A DNA stretch of 20,000 nucleotides from an uncultured virus (IMG/VR IMGVR_UViG_3300027751_000014) (lineage: Duplodnaviria; Heunggongvirae; Uroviricota; Caudoviricetes). Below, piece by piece: positions 16,694 through 20,000 of this stretch. Within the stretch, counting starts at the first letter, position 1, and every line of letters starts with the position of its first letter. Position numbers and translations under genes: made by a program. The notes beneath the pieces are model-generated. The model was given only the letters and a program-made list of their open reading frames with translations. It was not told where the DNA came from and did no database searches. Where the stretch lies: the IMG/VR virus record IMGVR_UViG_3300027751_000014, one strand, 5' to 3'.

Positions 16694-16713
16694 AGGGCAG
16701 AAATGCCCTTTTT
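16694..16713 (+). terminator. rho-independent terminator closing the NAD/radical-SAM operon
   Basis: AGGGCA-GAAA-TGCCCT followed by TTTT. Confidence 0.75.
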
Positions 16714-16763
16714 CAGTGTCGCTTGGACTCCATATATAGTAAATACACATACGGAGGATAACA

Positions 16764-17417
16764 ATGTATAAACATGATGTAGAGATGAGAGATAGTTGGG
16801 TTTGGCCAAAAGATGATATTGGTGCGTGGATGTGGCTAAATAACGAAATGGATTTGCCGCAGCGGATAAGGAAACATGTCAGTAACTTTGACACATGCAT
16901 CCATGCTGGAGCCCACGCTGGTATCTATACGAAACAGTATGCATATATGTTTAGACATATTTATGCAGTTGAACCGCAAGGTAGAAACTTCTTTTGTCTC
17001 ACAACAAACGTCCATGAAGAAAACGTAACCAAAATACAGGCATGCTTCAGCAACAAGCGTAAGCGTGTAAATATGTATACCGCTGACCGAACCAATAGCG
17101 GCGGCTTCTTCGTAACACCAGGAGATGATTTCCATGTAATTTTGATGGATGACTTGATTGGTGATGTTGGACTGATACATTTGGACGTGGAAGGTCATGA
17201 GCTAGAAGCGTTACAAGGCGGCAAGGAATTAATCGACCGCTGCTCCCCCGTCATTGTGTTGGAGACAATCCATCCAGAAAAAGACAAGGTGGCCGCAGAA
17301 TTCTTGTTTGAGCTTGGATATGAGGTTGTTGAATTACTAGGCATTGACGATTGGGGCAAACCTGGCCTTGACACCGTTTACAAGCGTAAACCTAAGAGCA
17401 AGCGAAACAAGAAGTAA
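16764..17417 (+). CDS. FkbM-family SAM-dependent methyltransferase
   Basis: IHAGAHAGIY, AVEP, LIHLDVEGHELEALQGG and SPVIVLE; RBS GGAGG; TAAATA at 16740. Confidence 0.85.
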   Translation: MYKHDVEMRDSWVWPKDDIGAWMWLNNEMDLPQRIRKHVSNFDTCIHAGAHAGIYTKQYAYMFRHIYAVEPQGRNFFCLTTNVHEENVTKIQACFSNKRKRVNMYTADRTNSGGFFVTPGDDFHVILMDDLIGDVGLIHLDVEGHELEALQGGKELIDRCSPVIVLETIHPEKDKVAAEFLFELGYEVVELLGIDDWGKPGLDTVYKRKPKSKRNKK

Positions 17418-17615
17418 GTCTTTGATTTAGGGCTGCACAGGAACACGTAAGTCTTTGATTCTGATACTAGGAGTGCGCTCTGTGCGATTCTATTACGGAT
17501 CGTGCATCAGTGTGCTGCTAGGTTTTCCAGATCGATGTAAGTCTTTGATTCTCGGTGTGAGAACCCTATATAATTCAATAGGTTACCTCATTCATTTTTT
17601 TATAAGTTATTGATT
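17414..17615 (+). repeat. cluster of IHF-consensus direct repeats
   Basis: GTAAGTCTTTGATT three times (TAA at 17415, 17448, 17538), TAAGTTATTGATT at 17603-17615, and an inverted 1-mismatch copy at 17573-17585. Confidence 0.8.
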
Positions 17616-17633
17616 TTGTTAGGAACTTTGTTC

Positions 17634-17662
17634 TTGACATTTGGGTCATCTTATCGTATAAT
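17634..17662 (+). promoter_or_regulatory. consensus sigma70 promoter
   Basis: TTGACA 17634-17639, 17 bp, TATAAT 17657-17662. Confidence 0.88.
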
Positions 17663-17692
17663 ATAGGTATAGTTAGCAAAGGAACAGACACA

Positions 17693-18844
17693 ATGATCTC
17701 ATTAAGACGTAAGAAGAAAGGTTTGAAAGCGAAAGGTCGGAAGATTCTAGTAGGTCCCGATCTCTCCAATGTGGTATCCACTAACAAAGACTTTACGCGC
17801 CTCTTCTACGGCGCATTGCATTACGCCCAGTATGACGTTGCTGACAAGCAACTGAAGAAGGAAATGCTCAAATACGCCAAGGCTCAGAAGCTGGATCACA
17901 AGCTTTTGGGTTTGCTTAGTGACAAGGATTTTCAGACTGTGGGCAAGCTGGCGCTGATTATTAACGCTGGTGGCGAACTGCCTGAGAGTTTCGCAGTGGG
18001 CTTCCCCGCAGGCATCGAACGACTGATGGTTCGGGCACGGGCAATCCGCGCTGAACAGAAAGCGGCTGCTAAGGCGGCTAGTAAGGTTGTTAGCTCTCGT
18101 CCGAAGGCTACGATCCAAGATCGGATGCGCGACCAGGCCGCAAGCGTGGCGCAAGAATTTGACGGTTGGTTAGACATGCTGGCTACTGACCCGAAGGCAA
18201 ATATTACAGATAAGATGAATCCTACGACCGCCATCACCGTCGGTGGCTTGAAGGCTGGTCACACCCGCTGGATCAAAAAGTTCTACGAAGACGACCTCGA
18301 AGAATTGAAGGCAGCGTTGGCTGGTGAAGACGCTGACCTGAAGGAAGGCTACAGTAACCTCAGCAAGGCGCAGTTGAAGAAGATGATTGCATTGCTGGAA
18401 AGCATTATGACTGCGGTCAATGTTGCGGTCAAAGTACAGAAGGCGCAGAAGGCTCCTCGTAAGAAGAAGGCTGTAAGCGTGGACAAACTGGTTGCGAAAC
18501 TGAAGTACAAGGAAAAAGACGATGAGCTTGGGCTTGCAAGTCTCAACCCGCGGGATATCGTCGGCGCGCAGATGATTTGGATTTATAATACCAAGTATCG
18601 CAAGCTGGGACGCTATGTAGCGGCAGACGATGCAGGTCTCGGTGTTAAGGGTTCGAGCATCACCAACTTCTCTGAAGACAAGTCTCGCAACAAGAGTTTG
18701 CGCAAGCCTAAGGAACAGTTGAAAGAGTTCCAAAAGGCTGGCAAGGTCGCCCTGCGCACGTTCTTTGAGGACATCAAGGCAGTCGATCACAAGCTAAAGG
18801 CCCGCACAAGCGCGGATATGATAATCCTGAAGATTGTAAAATAG
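17693..18844 (+). CDS. Lys/Ala-rich phage protein of unknown function (possible nucleic-acid binding)
   Basis: 383 aa under a strong promoter. The C-terminal IVGAQMIWIYNTKYRKLGRYVA...GVKGSSI...KSLRKP region resembles a family I associate with large myoviruses. Confidence 0.8.
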   Translation: MISLRRKKKGLKAKGRKILVGPDLSNVVSTNKDFTRLFYGALHYAQYDVADKQLKKEMLKYAKAQKLDHKLLGLLSDKDFQTVGKLALIINAGGELPESFAVGFPAGIERLMVRARAIRAEQKAAAKAASKVVSSRPKATIQDRMRDQAASVAQEFDGWLDMLATDPKANITDKMNPTTAITVGGLKAGHTRWIKKFYEDDLEELKAALAGEDADLKEGYSNLSKAQLKKMIALLESIMTAVNVAVKVQKAQKAPRKKKAVSVDKLVAKLKYKEKDDELGLASLNPRDIVGAQMIWIYNTKYRKLGRYVAADDAGLGVKGSSITNFSEDKSRNKSLRKPKEQLKEFQKAGKVALRTFFEDIKAVDHKLKARTSADMIILKIVK

Positions 18845-18853
18845 GAGAGGGTT

Positions 18854-19351
18854 GTGAACGAGTTTTGGAAGGGCTTCTTTTACGCTGCCAGCACACTAAT
18901 CTCGATAACAATAATAGGTGCGGTGGCTAAGATCTTAGGTATGGCGTTGCCAAATCCTATAAGGTGGGGTGTTGTTTTTCTATTTTTGATTTGCACCTGC
19001 GTTGGTCTGATAAGGATGAGCATTGTGGGCAGTAAAGATAAGCCAGACGAAACACCACACAAGCTTACAACCCGTAATAATGTGGTACTGGGCGGTTTTG
19101 TGCTGACGGCATTGATTGGTCTGGTGTGGCTTGTATCTCAGGCATCTCTCGAGTATGAACTTAGCTCCGGTTACACCCGTCCAACGACTAGGTGCGAGCA
19201 ATCACAATTTATGAAAGAGACGATGATCCGTAATCTGAACGTGTGTCTCACTGGTGAAATAATTTGCACCGCGAAGCAGATAGAATCCTGGGAAACTTGG
19301 GTCGATAAAACAAGCGCAATGGTTGACGAAGACTGTGGGTGGACACAATAA
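18854..19351 (+). CDS. membrane protein with about 3 TM helices and a Cys-containing C-terminal domain
   Basis: Three hydrophobic segments; RBS AGGAGAGG; four Cys in the tail. Confidence 0.75.
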   Translation: MNEFWKGFFYAASTLISITIIGAVAKILGMALPNPIRWGVVFLFLICTCVGLIRMSIVGSKDKPDETPHKLTTRNNVVLGGFVLTALIGLVWLVSQASLEYELSSGYTRPTTRCEQSQFMKETMIRNLNVCLTGEIICTAKQIESWETWVDKTSAMVDEDCGWTQ

Positions 19352-19527
19352 TGACCACCCACTCGTCAACGTACAAAGGAAAGCGTGTTCGCATCAAGCT
19401 AAAGGATGGAACAGTGTTTGTTGACAAGTTTTTAGATTCAAAAAGCAGCTATATTTTCTTCGAAGAAAAAGGCAGAATCGCCAAAAAAGATATAGTAAAC
19501 TTTTCCATAAATAAGAGCACCTGTTAA
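19351..19527 (+). CDS. small basic beta-rich protein (possible Sm/Hfq-like fold)
   Basis: TAATG coupling at 19349-19353; YKGKRVRIKLKDGTVFVDKF pattern. Confidence 0.6.
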   Translation: MTTHSSTYKGKRVRIKLKDGTVFVDKFLDSKSSYIFFEEKGRIAKKDIVNFSINKSTC

Positions 19528-19591
19528 GGTTACGTTAAGGAATTCTATGCTACTATAATGGTAAATAATAGTAGAACATAAGGAGAAGGAC

Positions 19592-20000
19592 ATGCGTAAA
19601 TTATTTATAGCTCTTGCATTATTAACATTATCAGGTTGTGCAGGTTGGGAATACACCGTAGTAGATTACCACGCAGGTCATTCATACGGTTCACATCTTC
19701 ATCCAACAGGATACATTCATTATACCTTAGGCTATTATAACGATTCATACTACAATGGTTACAGAGTGTACGGTGATATGGGCTACCGCTATTATTATGC
19801 TCCACCGAATTACGTCCATCACCGCTATTATGATCTACCGCCAATCAGGCATACACCACCGCCACCACCACCTGTACGCCACCCTCCGCCACCATATCGC
19901 CACGTGCCGCCACCTGCTCCACCCCCAGCGCGTCACCCACCACCTCGCCGCCATGTGCCACCTCCACCACCCAAAAAGCATCCTCGTCGAGTCCCACGTG
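19592..20000 (+). CDS. Tyr/His- and Pro-rich lipoprotein (partial, runs off the window; not in the ORF track)
   Basis: MRKLFIALALLTLSGC lipobox, AAGGAG/AAGGA RBS, TAAATA at 19562, and an open frame to the window end with RH(V)PPP repeats. Confidence 0.8.
   Translation, partial: MRKLFIALALLTLSGCAGWEYTVVDYHAGHSYGSHLHPTGYIHYTLGYYNDSYYNGYRVYGDMGYRYYYAPPNYVHHRYYDLPPIRHTPPPPPPVRHPPPPYRHVPPPAPPPARHPPPRRHVPPPPPKKHPRRVPR

Noticed and set aside
16764..17417. FkbM methyltransferase as a tailoring enzyme for the 49-aa peptide
   Set aside because: It is separated by a terminator and has its own TAAATA box. FkbM genes are common in large phages, so adjacency alone is insufficient.
17414..17550. CRISPR array
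   Set aside because: Repeats are only 14 bp with irregular spacing (33 and 90 bp), there are no cas genes, and the repeats match the IHF consensus.
1357..19844. Numerous minus-strand ORFs (e.g. 1621-2421, 2343-2801, 18170-18790)
   Set aside because: They are antisense shadows of well-supported plus-strand genes, with no motifs or RBS. All promoters and terminators found point in the + direction.
1..20000. Alternative genetic code (stop recoding) as an explanation for the split genes
   Set aside because: Long genes are intact in code 11, TAA, TAG and TGA are all used as real stops with coupled starts, and both splits involve frame changes.

Overview
This window looks like 20 kb of a large lytic dsDNA phage genome (T4-like or jumbo myovirus). 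The inferred host is a proteobacterium, from near-consensus sigma70 promoters and IHF-type boxes. All credible genes are on the + strand. Recognisable genes: a cyclic-phosphate-type receiver domain, a ribosomal bL12 C-terminal-domain protein, rIIA/rIIB, an M3 oligopeptidase, a class-3 lipase, a GH108 lysozyme, a degenerate YqiA-like hydrolase, a BTLCP (C93) cysteine protease in two ORFs, an NAD salvage pair (NadM-Nudix and NadV), an RlmN/Cfr-like radical SAM enzyme, an FkbM methyltransferase and lipoproteins. Four things stand out. (1) The RlmN-like enzyme lacks its catalytic C-terminus, and the AACGQ motif sits on a separate 49-aa ORF (16529-16678, missing from the ORF track) with its own RBS. 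(2) A densely base-paired element of about 300 nt lies between rIIB and the peptidase and may be a new ncRNA. (3) Three sigma70 promoters carry an IHF-consensus box at the same distance from TTGACA. (4) A three-hairpin leader precedes the NAD operon. All protein calls come from motif recognition by eye; no database searches or folding were run.
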